Positions 1 through 9,314 of a stretch of DNA of 26,489 nucleotides are shown here, piece by piece. Source of the stretch: Verrucomicrobiota bacterium (GTDB lineage: Bacteria > Verrucomicrobiota > Lentisphaeria > Lentisphaerales > Lentisphaeraceae). The notes under the pieces were generated by a model, which saw only the letters and a list, made by a program, of their open reading frames with translations, did not search any database and was not told the DNA's origin. The stretch's first letter is position 1. Each line of letters starts with the position of its first letter. Position numbers and translations under genes: made by a program. The stretch lies in contig JBDKFG010000087.1 in NCBI GenBank assembly GCA_039798785.1, positions 1 through 26,489 of the forward strand, written 5' to 3'.

Positions 1-195
1 TGGCCTCGCTCCACCTTGACCCAAGCCGATATCCTCCGCACTACTGCACATGGCCCACCTCCTTATGGTTAATGGCTTTATGCTCTGGAAACAAGCGTTT
101 GATCACGATGATTTTGCGCTCATTCTCCGGTGTGATGTAGACGCGAAACGAGTTGAACTACATGAATGAAGCGGGGGTGAGCTAGCGCAGGTCAA

Positions 196-230
196 GCAAA
201 ATCGCCTCCCGCTATCAGGCGGAGAGGCGA
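196..230 (-). terminator. Probable intrinsic terminator of the two-microprotein cassette
   Basis: Minus strand reads TCGCCTCTCCGC-CTGATA-GCGGGAGGCGA followed by TTTTGCTT, about 20 nt after the stop at 253. Confidence 0.65.
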
Positions 231-252
231 CGATGCCCAAAACACCGTGAAC

Positions 253-492
253 TTACGGCTTTTTGGCCTTGATATCTTCGGCGCTATAGCCGCGATCCTT
301 CAAGATCGAGAGGATGACCATTTTCTCAGTCGCTGTAGGGCCTGTGAAGCCATTGTCGAAGTACATCCGGATAAGTGCATTATCGTCTTTGTATTCCAAG
401 CGGGCTTTCGTTTCTTGCACCTCTTGGCTTTTTTCAGAAACTGCGTTGCCGACCTTCTTGGCGGCACTCCACATGCTGTCCATGAATCCCAT
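253..492 (-). CDS. Hypothetical 79-aa protein with an N-terminal amphipathic helix (MGFMDSMWSAAKKVGNAV...)
   Basis: ATG preceded by TAAGGAG, which overlaps the stop of the upstream gene; terminator follows; protein-like composition. Confidence 0.75.
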   Translation of the reverse strand: MGFMDSMWSAAKKVGNAVSEKSQEVQETKARLEYKDDNALIRMYFDNGFTGPTATEKMVILSILKDRGYSAEDIKAKKP

Positions 493-503
493 AAGAACGC
501 TCC

Positions 504-686
504 TTACTTGTTTGTGTTATCCGGGCAAGTGGCCTTGGTGTGGTTGTAGCTATTGCAGACACTGCATCGTCTGGCTTCCGTGCAGGTCTGCGCATTGTGA
601 CCGGGTTGGTTGCAGATTGAGCAACGATTCGGCTGTGGGCAGTTTTTGGCTGTGTGGCTACCTGAGCCACAGATTGAGCAAGCCAT
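504..686 (-). CDS. 60-aa protein made of three tandem CCHC zinc knuckles (C-x2-C-x4-H-x4-C)
   Basis: MACSICGSGSHTAKNC-PQPNR-CSICNQPGHNAQTC-TEARR-CSVCNSYNHTKATC-PDNTNK. A strong RBS (AAAGGAGGAG) precedes the ATG at 686, so the ORF-track start at 734 is too long. Confidence 0.85.
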   Translation of the reverse strand: MACSICGSGSHTAKNCPQPNRCSICNQPGHNAQTCTEARRCSVCNSYNHTKATCPDNTNK

Positions 687-752
687 TGATGATCTCCTCC
701 TTTGATGTTTCTGGTGATGCGGATTAAGTCTCAAATGTCATTGATTTTATCG

Positions 753-3700
753 TTAAATCACATTCAACTCATTCTGTAAGAGAACCGTGGCCACGCCATT
801 GGTGTAGGTTTCAAAGCCATTGGCAGTGCCGCTAAAAGCCCAACCAGCTTCCTTGTCCCAGGTGCCAGAGGTGCCTTTGATAGTTAGGCTGCCGGTGCCG
901 CCGGACATCGCGAGCACATCCGCGAACTCCATCGTCAAGGTCGCGCCACTGGCCTCAAGGTCGATCACCTCAAGGTTCTTGAGAATGGTATCGGGCAAGG
1001 ACTTGAGATCCAGGTTGGCAGACAGTTTCAAGGTGTCCGTGCCAGCTCCGCCATCGATCAAAGTGAAATCATTGCTGGCGAGGCGAATGATGTCGTTACC
1101 GCCCATCCCTTTGACAGAGTCACCAGTGCTAATCTGAGTAAAGGTATCATCTGCAATGTTATCACCAATGAAGTTGTCTGCATTGGCAATTCCGATCCAT
1201 GAGGTGCTTGAAGTGGTAGCAATTTCTCCTGAAATCGCAATGGATGATGGGCCAGTATATATCAGTGAACTGGTTAACCAAAAGAATTGATTATTGATTT
1301 TTGCTGTTTTCGGCATATCAGGAACCGAGTAATAACTTATTAGCAAAGAGTCAGCCCATGGTGAAAAGGTTGTGAATCCACTACTTGCGTAATAAGTTCT
1401 GTCGGAGTAATAATACGCTTCATCGCTGTAAGGATGATCCTTGAGATCACGAAGGACTAAATTACCTTCACTAACATATAACGAAAACCCCATCTCGAGT
1501 AATTGAGCGCCAGGAGGAAGATCAGGATATTGCCTATAGCCAAATGTTGACATTGAATTAAAGGCTGAGCTCGTCAGATGATCTGAAATTGCGGTTTCGT
1601 GGAAATCATAGCTGTCGGTATACCTAGCAACCAAACGAATTTTTTTATTGTTTAAATTCAATGTGTTTGCGAGCACCAAACTTACTCCAGTTGCATAATC
1701 TGTCCAAGTCACTGCATCCGTGGAGGTCTGCCAAGTGTAATTCACAGCCCCCAGGCCATCGGCATCGGCCAAGGTATTCGTCGCTGTCAAGGTGCTCCCC
1801 CAGGCTGCAACGCCGTTAATCGCCACTGCTCCGGTCGGTGCACGGTTCTGGTGGAGGACGGCGCTGGTGAGCGCCGAATCCACACTTTCCAGGGCGCCTT
1901 GGCCATCGGTGTATTTGGCCGTGACCTTGATCTGCTTGCCTCTCATCGCTTCGGTCAGCACCAAAGAGCTGCCCGTGCCGAGGGTGCTTCCCGCTTGATC
2001 CTTCCAGGTGTAGCCAATCGTTCCCAAACCATCTGCATCAGCAAGGGTATTGGTGGCATTGAGGGTCTGTCCAGCGATGGCGACGCCGCTGATGGCCACA
2101 GATCCGGTCGGGGCGTCGTTGATGTTAGTCACGACGCTGGAAAGGACCGATTCGACGGCGGTCGAGATCCCGAGCCCGTCAACATAGAAGGCGGAGGCTT
2201 TGATCTGTTTGCCGACATGAGCCTGAGTCAGGCTTAAGGTCGGGCCGTTGCTGCCGACCAGGTTGCCGGCGGCGTCCTTCCACTGGTAGATGATGGGGGC
2301 ACTGCCCATGCCGTCCAGATCCTGCAGGGTGTTGGCTGCGGTGAGCGTTTGGCCTTGGACGTAGCTGCCGGAAACACTGACCGAGCCGCTCGGTTGGTTG
2401 TTGAAGACCCCGATGGTGTTGGTGAAGTTGGAAGCCTTGGTTTCGGTAACGCCGTAGAAGTCGGTATAGCTGGCGATCACTTGCACCGTCTTGCCGATGT
2501 GGGAGGTGTTCAGCGTGAAGCTGCTTCCGGTGCCGAGGGTGCTGCCTGCCTGATCCTTCCAGGTGTAGGTGAGGCTTCCGAAACCATCAAGGTCGACCAG
2601 GCTTTGCACCACGCTGAGGACGCTCCGGTCGTAGGCGCCACCGTTGATGCTGAGGCTGCCGGTAAGCGGATCGTTGATATTCGCCACGAGCGAACTCCAG
2701 GCGGAGGCGACGCTTTCGCTTTGGCCATAGGCATCGGTGTAACGGGCGACTGCTTTGATATTATTACCCACTTGAGCCTGAGTCAGGACGAAGCTGCTGC
2801 CAGTCCCCTGAATGGCACCATTTTGATCTTGCCATTGGTAGCTGATCGCGCCCAAGCCGTCGACATCGCTAAGATTGCTGCTGGCGGTCAGCGTCTCGCC
2901 TTGCGTCGCATTGCCGTTGATCGTCACCGTGCCGGCGGGGGCATCGTTGAGGTTGGCGATCGCAGCCGTGTAGCTGGAGGCCGCCGTCTCGACGGCCCCG
3001 AAACCATCGGTGTAGGTGGCGATGACGCGCAGGGTCTTGCCTACTTGCGCTTGGCTCAGAAAGAGAGTATTGGCGGCACCTAGAACTGCGCCAGTTTGAT
3101 CCTGCCACTGGTAGGTGACGCTGCCGAGGCCATCGGCATCGCTGAGACTATGGCTTGCGGTCAAGGTCTGACCTTGGGTCTTGGAGCCGCTGATCGTCAC
3201 CGCTCCGGCGGGAGCGTCGTTGATGTTGCTGACGGCGCCGGTGTAGCTGGAAGCCAACGATTCGAAAGTCCCTTGGGCATCGGTGTAGCTGGCGACGACC
3301 CGGACGGTTTTATTGACTTGGCTCTGAGTCAGGACGAAGCTGCTGCCGCTGCCGAGCACCGTGCCGTTCTGGTCTTGCCACTGGTAGCTGATATTGCCGA
3401 GCCCGTCGGCATCGGCGAAGGTGTTGCTGGCGGTCAGAGTTTGCCCTTGACTTGTGGTGCCCGCAATGCTGACCGTGCCGGTGAGAGCGTCATTGACATT
3501 GGTGATGACGACAGCCGCCGAGCTGACGCTTTCCGCAGAGCCGAGAGCATCGGTGTAAGTCGCCAGGGCGCGTACTTGCCTTCCGCCGTGAGCATCACCC
3601 AGAGTCAGTGAAGGCCCGCTGCCAGTGTTGGTCCAGGTGCTGCCATTGCTGGAAACCTGCCAGATGTAGCTCACCGTGCCCATGCCATCGGCATCGGCAA

Positions 3701-6700
3701 GGCTGTTGCTGGCGCTGAGGACTTGGTCTTCTCTGGCCGTGCCGGAGATGCTCACCGAGCCGCTAGGCGCATCGTTGAGATTTGCGATAGTGGCGGTGAA
3801 GCTTGAGCTGACGCTTTCCTCCGCCCCAAAGGCATCGGTGTAAGATGCGATGACCTGGAGGGTTTTCCCGACATGAGCTTGTGTGAGGGTGAGGCTGGAG
3901 GCGGTACTGAGAATGTTGCCGCTGGAATCCTTCCAGACATAAGAGCGAGTGCCAAGGCCATCGGCATCGGCGATAGTGCTGCCAACGGTCAGTGTCTGAC
4001 CTTGGGTCTTGGTGCCGTTGATGGTCAAAGCGCCCGTGGGGGCGTCGTTGATATTGCCAATCGACAGAGGGCTCGACATGACTGATTCCACCGTGCCTTG
4101 TGCGTCGGTGTAGGAGGCGGTGACGCGCACCTGCTTGCCAGCGTGGGCATCACCCAGCGTGAGACTGCTGCCGGAGGCGGTATTGGTCCAGCTAGTGCCG
4201 TTGCTGGAGACCTGCCAGGTGTAGCCGATGGCACCCAATCCATCGATGTCCGCCAGATTGTGACTGGCGGTCAAGATTTGGTCTTCGGTGGCTGTGCCGG
4301 AGATACTGACCGTCCCTGTCGGTGCGTCATTGAGGTTGACGACTGGTGCCGTATAGCTGGAGCTGCGGGTTTCTGCGGCCCCCAACGCGTCGGTATAGGC
4401 AGCCGTGACCTTCAGTTGTTTGCCGACGAGAGCCTGCGTCAAGGTGATTTGGTTGCTGCTGCCAAGGATGTTGCCGGAGGCGTCTTTCCAGGTGTAGCTG
4501 ACTTCGCCCATGCCGTCAGCGTCCACCAGGGTGTTGCTGGCTCTGAGTGTCTGACCTTGGGTGGCAGTGCCAGTCACCGTCACAGTGCCGGCAGGAAGAT
4601 CGTTGAGGTTGGCGATGGGCGCGGAGGGTGACGAGGAGACGGATTCAGCGGCGCCTTGGGCGTCTGTGTAGGACCCAATGACTTTGATCAGCTTCCCAAC
4701 ATGCACTTGCGTCAGCACGAGGGCAGCGCCGCTTGCGATGAGGTCCCAGACATTGCCATCGGTGGAGGCCATCCAGTTATACGAGACATTGCCCAAACCG
4801 TCGGCATCCGCGAGGCTGTTAGCCGCCGTCAGAGTCTGACCTTGGATCAGGCTGCCGAGCAGGGTGACGGCGCCGCTGGGTGCATCGGGGACATTGAGCA
4901 CGGATGAGCTTGCCGCAGAGGCCACGGACTCTGCGTTTCCGCCCGCATCGGTGTAGCCCGCAACAGCGCGGATTTGCTTGCCGACTTGTGAGTCTCCGAG
5001 GGTGAATGTCTCCCCAGTGCCAATGGTGGTCCACACACTTCCGTTACTGGAGGATTGCCAGGTGTAGGTGACCATGCCAAGTCCATCGACATCGGCAAGG
5101 CTGTTGCTGGCGCTCAGGATCTGATCTTCCTGCACGATCCCCGCGAAGGAGACCGTGCCGGTGGGGGAGTCGTTGATGTTGACTACGGCGGTGGTGAAGC
5201 TCGACGCCTTGGTTTCCGCCGCACCCCAGGCATCCGTGTAGCTGGCGACAGCTTGTATGTTTTTGCCGACCAGAGCCTGATTGAGGGTGAGACTGCTGCC
5301 ACTGCCCACGGTGTTGCCCAACGCGTCTTGCCAGGAATAGACGATGGTGCCGAGGCCATCGGCGTCGGCGAGGCTGTTCGTTGCGGTGAGCGTCTGGCCT
5401 TCGGTGGCAGTGCCAGAGACGGTCACAGTGCCGGTGGGCAGGTCATTGACATTGAGAATCATAGCGGATAGGGCGGACTCTGCCGATTCCACGGTCCCTT
5501 GATCGTCGAGGTAGGAAGCAGACACTTGGATTTGTTTGCCGACCTGGGCTTGGGTCAGAACGAAGCTGCTGCCAGTGGCAAGGGTGACGCCATTTTCGTC
5601 TTTCCAGGTGTAGCTGACGCTGCCGAGGCCATCGGCATCGGCGAAGGTGTTGGCTGCGCTAAGCATCTGCCCTTGGGTGGTGCTGCCTGAGATCGTCACC
5701 GAGCCCGTGCGGGCGTCATTGACGCTGGTGACATTCCCGGTGGTGGAAGAAATGACGGATTCGCTGGTTCCTGCGGCGTCGGTATAGCTGGCAACAACCC
5801 GGATGATCTTACCGACTTGAGCATCGCCGGGCGTGAAGGAGAGGCCGCTGCCGATCGTGCTCCAGACACTGACCGCGCCACCGCCGAGAAGGCTGGCGGA
5901 CTGCCAGTTGAAGGTCAACTCGCCAAGGCCATCGGCATCGGCGATCTGGTGCTCAAAAGTCAGGGGCTGGTCTTCCCTGACATTGGGCGTAAGACCGATC
6001 CATCCCGTCGGGGCATCGTTGACATTCGCGATGGTAGACGTCAGGGCGGAGCTGACGCTTTCCGCAGCGCCCAAAAGATCCGTGTAGGACGCGATGGCTT
6101 GGATCTGCAATCCGACATGCGCTTGGCTCAAAGTCAGGCTGGTCCCCGTGCCGAGGACATTGCCAGCGCCATCTTGCCAAGTGTAGGAGAGAATACCACG
6201 TCCGTCAAGATCAGCGACGCTGCTTGCCGACGCAGTGAGGGTTTCGCCTTGAATGGCACTACCAGAGATGATCACTGCACCCGTGGGTGCGTCGTTGATG
6301 TTGGCGACGGCGGCTGAGAGGGATGAGGCAACGCTTTCGCTGCGGCCATAGGCATCGGTGTAGCTGGCAATAACTTGGATTTGTTGGCCGACCTGCGCTT
6401 GCGTCAAGGCGAGTTGATTGCCGCTGCCGAGTGTGTTGCCAGAGGCGTCTTTCCACGAGTAGCTGACGCTACCAAGGCCATCTATATCGGCCAAGTTGTT
6501 GCCTGCCGTGAGGACCTGTCCCTGAGTGGAAATGCCAGTGATGGCGACGGCACCAGCGGGAGTGTTGTTGATGTTGGCAATCGTTCCGCTCAGGGAAGAG
6601 CCCATGGATTCCTCTGTGCCCTGGCCGTCGACATAGGAAGCGAGCACCTTGATCTGCTTGCCGACATGGGCTTGGGTGAGGACCAGGGAATCACCATGGC

Positions 6701-8192
6701 CGAGCATGGCGTCCGAAGCGTCCAGCCAGGTGTAGCTGACGCTGCCGACGCTGTCGGTGTCCGCGAGGGTGTTGACAGCGCTGAGCGTTTGACCTTCCGC
6801 AAGGGTGCCGGCAATGCTGACGCTGCCTTCCGGAGAGTGATTGGTGAGGATGACGCCGTTGGCGAAAGTGCCGAGCTTACCAGTTGGGTCGCTGACGCTG
6901 AGCGAATAGCCGGGAGTGCCAACAAAGCTGGAGAGACGGGTGACGCTGATCAGCCCGTCATTCACATCGGCAAGGGAGAAGGTCTTGAGGGAAGCCGTGA
7001 TGCCCTCGCGGTGGAACTCGATGCCCTTGGCGGATTTCACGGTGAAGCGGAAGGCACCTTCGAGAGTTTCGAGTGTTTCTTCGTCGCTGACGCCGAAGAG
7101 ATCCCGGTTAAGGAGCTGGGTTTCTCCGGGATTCAGGACCAGTGGATTGAGGCTCAAAATGGGCAGGTCGTTGACCGTCTTGAAGACGAAGGGAACACTG
7201 AGGGAATCCAGCTCGACCTCGCCGTTCAGGAGCGTCAGTGCGAGGCTGGGGGCTTCTTGTCCACCATCATGCCTCAGGCTGACCAAGCCGGCCTTGAGCT
7301 CTGAGACGGTGAAGCTGTCTTGAGGTTCGGTTTTACCCGTGACCAGGATCTCAAGATGTTCGGCGTTGTCGACGCGCAGGATCAGTGAAGGCAAATTGAC
7401 GCTGCTGACGACTTCGGGGGGAACACTGATTGGCAGCTTGCTCAAGCTCAGTTTGAGCGTAGCGCCTTCGGTGATAGCCAAGGGCGCTTTGATCGCGATC
7501 TCGTGGAGGGTGATACTGGCGGCTTCGGCAACGTGGCTGCCGTCGAAATGAACGCTTGCCAGCGCGGTGCTTTTCGCTATGGATGCCTTGCCGTCGCTGT
7601 CGATGGCGCTGAGGGTGAAGGACGGCGCGACGAGCTTACCGTCGTGCTTGAAGCTGACCGAGCCGGCGTCGATATCGGCAAGAGAGAAGGATTTGGCGGC
7701 GAAGCCGTTGAGGAGGAAGCTACCGCCTGCGACCTTGGTGATCTTGAAACAGATGTTGCCGGCGAAGGGGGTTTCCGCATCGGATGCGCTGATCATGTCG
7801 CGGGTGATGGTGAGGCTGCCTCCCTTGCGCAGGACCTCGGCATCGCTGCCGAGTCCTGGAACGCTGAGAATGGGGGCTTGGTTGACGGCCTTGTAGCTGA
7901 GCACGGGCTGCACTTCAGCGGAGGCGCTGAAGCCGTTGGCTTGAGCTTGGAAAAAGAAGCTGGGGACGCTGAGGCCATCGGCGAGGAAACTGACCTTACC
8001 GGCCTTGAGATCGGTGAGGCTAAAGCTGCCAGAAGCGCCGACTTCGACGCCGTTGGAGTAAAGCGAGCCACCAAGGACCGAGATGCTGAGGGAGTAGTCG
8101 GCCGCGCCGACCGTGAAGAGCGCACTACTGAGCTTGAACGCGGTGCCTTGAATGATGCTCAAGGACTTGACGATGAGGCTGAGGGATGACAT
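753..8192 (-). CDS. Giant repetitive surface protein/adhesin (2479 aa): about 4 cadherin-like (CSPG-type) N-terminal domains, 19 Ig-like repeats, a unique tip region and an RTX-like/T1SS-type C-terminus
   Basis: AGGAG RBS. N-terminal motifs such as SFSLADIDAGSVSFKHDG. Repeated NDAPTGxVxIxG..QGQTL..N.LADADGLG..SYxW...GKxI.V.ASYTD units. C-terminal GMGGNDII, IDGGAGTDTL and NLEVIDL. No evident Sec signal peptide. Confidence 0.9.
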   Translation of the reverse strand: MSSLSLIVKSLSIIQGTAFKLSSALFTVGAADYSLSISVLGGSLYSNGVEVGASGSFSLTDLKAGKVSFLADGLSVPSFFFQAQANGFSASAEVQPVLSYKAVNQAPILSVPGLGSDAEVLRKGGSLTITRDMISASDAETPFAGNICFKITKVAGGSFLLNGFAAKSFSLADIDAGSVSFKHDGKLVAPSFTLSAIDSDGKASIAKSTALASVHFDGSHVAEAASITLHEIAIKAPLAITEGATLKLSLSKLPISVPPEVVSSVNLPSLILRVDNAEHLEILVTGKTEPQDSFTVSELKAGLVSLRHDGGQEAPSLALTLLNGEVELDSLSVPFVFKTVNDLPILSLNPLVLNPGETQLLNRDLFGVSDEETLETLEGAFRFTVKSAKGIEFHREGITASLKTFSLADVNDGLISVTRLSSFVGTPGYSLSVSDPTGKLGTFANGVILTNHSPEGSVSIAGTLAEGQTLSAVNTLADTDSVGSVSYTWLDASDAMLGHGDSLVLTQAHVGKQIKVLASYVDGQGTEESMGSSLSGTIANINNTPAGAVAITGISTQGQVLTAGNNLADIDGLGSVSYSWKDASGNTLGSGNQLALTQAQVGQQIQVIASYTDAYGRSESVASSLSAAVANINDAPTGAVIISGSAIQGETLTASASSVADLDGRGILSYTWQDGAGNVLGTGTSLTLSQAHVGLQIQAIASYTDLLGAAESVSSALTSTIANVNDAPTGWIGLTPNVREDQPLTFEHQIADADGLGELTFNWQSASLLGGGAVSVWSTIGSGLSFTPGDAQVGKIIRVVASYTDAAGTSESVISSTTGNVTSVNDARTGSVTISGSTTQGQMLSAANTFADADGLGSVSYTWKDENGVTLATGSSFVLTQAQVGKQIQVSASYLDDQGTVESAESALSAMILNVNDLPTGTVTVSGTATEGQTLTATNSLADADGLGTIVYSWQDALGNTVGSGSSLTLNQALVGKNIQAVASYTDAWGAAETKASSFTTAVVNINDSPTGTVSFAGIVQEDQILSASNSLADVDGLGMVTYTWQSSSNGSVWTTIGTGETFTLGDSQVGKQIRAVAGYTDAGGNAESVASAASSSVLNVPDAPSGAVTLLGSLIQGQTLTAANSLADADGLGNVSYNWMASTDGNVWDLIASGAALVLTQVHVGKLIKVIGSYTDAQGAAESVSSSPSAPIANLNDLPAGTVTVTGTATQGQTLRASNTLVDADGMGEVSYTWKDASGNILGSSNQITLTQALVGKQLKVTAAYTDALGAAETRSSSYTAPVVNLNDAPTGTVSISGTATEDQILTASHNLADIDGLGAIGYTWQVSSNGTSWTNTASGSSLTLGDAHAGKQVRVTASYTDAQGTVESVMSSPLSIGNINDAPTGALTINGTKTQGQTLTVGSTIADADGLGTRSYVWKDSSGNILSTASSLTLTQAHVGKTLQVIASYTDAFGAEESVSSSFTATIANLNDAPSGSVSISGTAREDQVLSASNSLADADGMGTVSYIWQVSSNGSTWTNTGSGPSLTLGDAHGGRQVRALATYTDALGSAESVSSAAVVITNVNDALTGTVSIAGTTSQGQTLTASNTFADADGLGNISYQWQDQNGTVLGSGSSFVLTQSQVNKTVRVVASYTDAQGTFESLASSYTGAVSNINDAPAGAVTISGSKTQGQTLTASHSLSDADGLGSVTYQWQDQTGAVLGAANTLFLSQAQVGKTLRVIATYTDGFGAVETAASSYTAAIANLNDAPAGTVTINGNATQGETLTASSNLSDVDGLGAISYQWQDQNGAIQGTGSSFVLTQAQVGNNIKAVARYTDAYGQSESVASAWSSLVANINDPLTGSLSINGGAYDRSVLSVVQSLVDLDGFGSLTYTWKDQAGSTLGTGSSFTLNTSHIGKTVQVIASYTDFYGVTETKASNFTNTIGVFNNQPSGSVSVSGSYVQGQTLTAANTLQDLDGMGSAPIIYQWKDAAGNLVGSNGPTLSLTQAHVGKQIKASAFYVDGLGISTAVESVLSSVVTNINDAPTGSVAISGVAIAGQTLNATNTLADADGLGTIGYTWKDQAGSTLGTGSSLVLTEAMRGKQIKVTAKYTDGQGALESVDSALTSAVLHQNRAPTGAVAINGVAAWGSTLTATNTLADADGLGAVNYTWQTSTDAVTWTDYATGVSLVLANTLNLNNKKIRLVARYTDSYDFHETAISDHLTSSAFNSMSTFGYRQYPDLPPGAQLLEMGFSLYVSEGNLVLRDLKDHPYSDEAYYYSDRTYYASSGFTTFSPWADSLLISYYSVPDMPKTAKINNQFFWLTSSLIYTGPSSIAISGEIATTSSTSWIGIANADNFIGDNIADDTFTQISTGDSVKGMGGNDIIRLASNDFTLIDGGAGTDTLKLSANLDLKSLPDTILKNLEVIDLEASGATLTMEFADVLAMSGGTGSLTIKGTSGTWDKEAGWAFSGTANGFETYTNGVATVLLQNELNVI
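1580..6843 (-). repeat. 19 diverged intragenic tandem repeats of about 92-100 aa (Ig-like domains)
   Basis: Counted from the translation as units starting N(D/H/N/R)xP(T/S/A)G. There are two subtypes: QGQ...WKD..G..LG and EDQ...WQ.S..G..W. Confidence 0.85.
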
Positions 8193-8218
8193 GAGCGGAT
8201 CTCCTGGTTTTGAGAGGA

Positions 8219-8367
8219 ATCACGCTCAAAAAAAAGAAGCGTGACCTGTCATGCTCCCGAGAAGGCACCGCCAGGCGCCCGTGACAGGACATGAGCAGGC
8301 CACGCCCCAGCGGGGCGCGGTCTACCACATGCCATCCCTGTCACTTAAACTGGCGGTTTTTCTCGGG
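8219..8367 (-). promoter_or_regulatory. Structured 5' leader of the adhesin gene: long imperfect hairpin with a competing helix and a U8 tract
   Basis: Nested complementary blocks 8256-8263/8360-8367, 8267-8274/8350-8357, 8281-8288/8337-8344 and 8300-8308/8312-8320. Second hairpin TCACGCT/AGCGTGA around A8 (8228-8235). Confidence 0.5.
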
Positions 8368-8544
8368 GACGATTTTGTGGCCGATTGCTAGAATCGACTA
8401 TGTAGGACTCAGGCGAGGTGTTTGATAGGTGCGAATTCCTTGGTGGTTGGATTCTGGGAGTTACACAAGCACGCTACGCCGGGTTGTCCACTCGGGAGAT
8501 TCCGAAGCGAAGGAGAATTCGGAGACGAGATCCGTGAAGTGGCG

Positions 8545-8886
8545 TCAAGGATGGCCCGGATCTGACCCATCGTAGCTGCCGACCATGAACTGCACCGCGT
8601 CTTCGGGGGACGGGTAAGTCAGAGTGGAGCTTGCCCCCTGTGGATCGAGAATGTCCACCACGAAGGCCGCTGCGTGGGCACGGGCCACGAGATCGTAGAA
8701 TCCCATTGCAAGTCGAAGCTGGCCACCTTCGCGCAAGATCTGCGCACTCCGGCTGATGAGCTGAGAGTGATTCTCGTTGGAAGCAGCACGGCTCTCGATC
8801 CCCAACCTCGCGCAACGATGCTCAAGCGCCCAAGCGTGAAGTGCGGGCTTGAGATCGAGGGGAGACTGAGCTTGGGTGGCGAGCAT
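8545..8886 (-). CDS. Hypothetical protein (113 aa)
   Basis: ATG-initiated ORF filling the gap, co-oriented with its neighbours; no recognisable motif. Confidence 0.45.
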   Translation of the reverse strand: MLATQAQSPLDLKPALHAWALEHRCARLGIESRAASNENHSQLISRSAQILREGGQLRLAMGFYDLVARAHAAAFVVDILDPQGASSTLTYPSPEDAVQFMVGSYDGSDPGHP

Positions 8887-9134
8887 AGGGCAATTCTTCT
8901 ATGTTGTGGCGTTCAGGAAATGATGGGGCGCACTTAAGTGCTTGTCATTATAGTTGTCAATAGTTGTTTGAAGATTCTCTTGATTAAGCTTACCTACCTC
9001 AGCCCGCAGGGGCTGAGGAGGGGTAGTCAGTTTGGGGAGTCACCACGAAGTTGATGCCAACGAGGAAGTCAGATTCGTTTTTGAGCTGCTCGGACGACAT
9101 TTGACGGTTGACGCATCGGAATGCAGAACACCCT

Positions 9135-9314
9135 TCAGCGCCCCATCAACGCCATCAACTCGGGATATTCGAACATTAGGCAGACAATGGAAGCGAATGC
9201 AAAAACAAAACTCCAGAGAATCATCCGCCACTTCGTTTTTCTGTTTTTAACTTCTGACGAGGCCAGCTGTAGACCAACCCAAAGCACCACGAAAACCATC
9301 CAAAGCTTGATCAT
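9135..9314 (-). CDS. Small membrane protein (59 aa, two hydrophobic helices with a basic loop)
   Basis: MIKLWMVFVVLWVGLQLASSEVKNRKTKWRMILWSFVFAFASIVCLMFEYPELMALMGR. GGAG lies upstream of ATG 9314. Candidate promoter TTGCAG-N17-TAGTAT at 9376-9348. Confidence 0.5.
   Translation of the reverse strand: MIKLWMVFVVLWVGLQLASSEVKNRKTKWRMILWSFVFAFASIVCLMFEYPELMALMGR

Noticed and set aside
50..169. 39-aa + strand ORF (MAHLLMVNGF...)
   Set aside because: No RBS or motif, and it lies at the window edge, so it cannot be supported.
820..8189. Many + strand ORFs within the adhesin
   Set aside because: Antisense shadows of a repetitive GC-rich gene.
8997..9018. Hairpin CCTCAGCCC-GCAG-GGGCTGAGG as a terminator
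   Set aside because: The stem is real but lacks a U-tract on either strand, so its function is unassigned.
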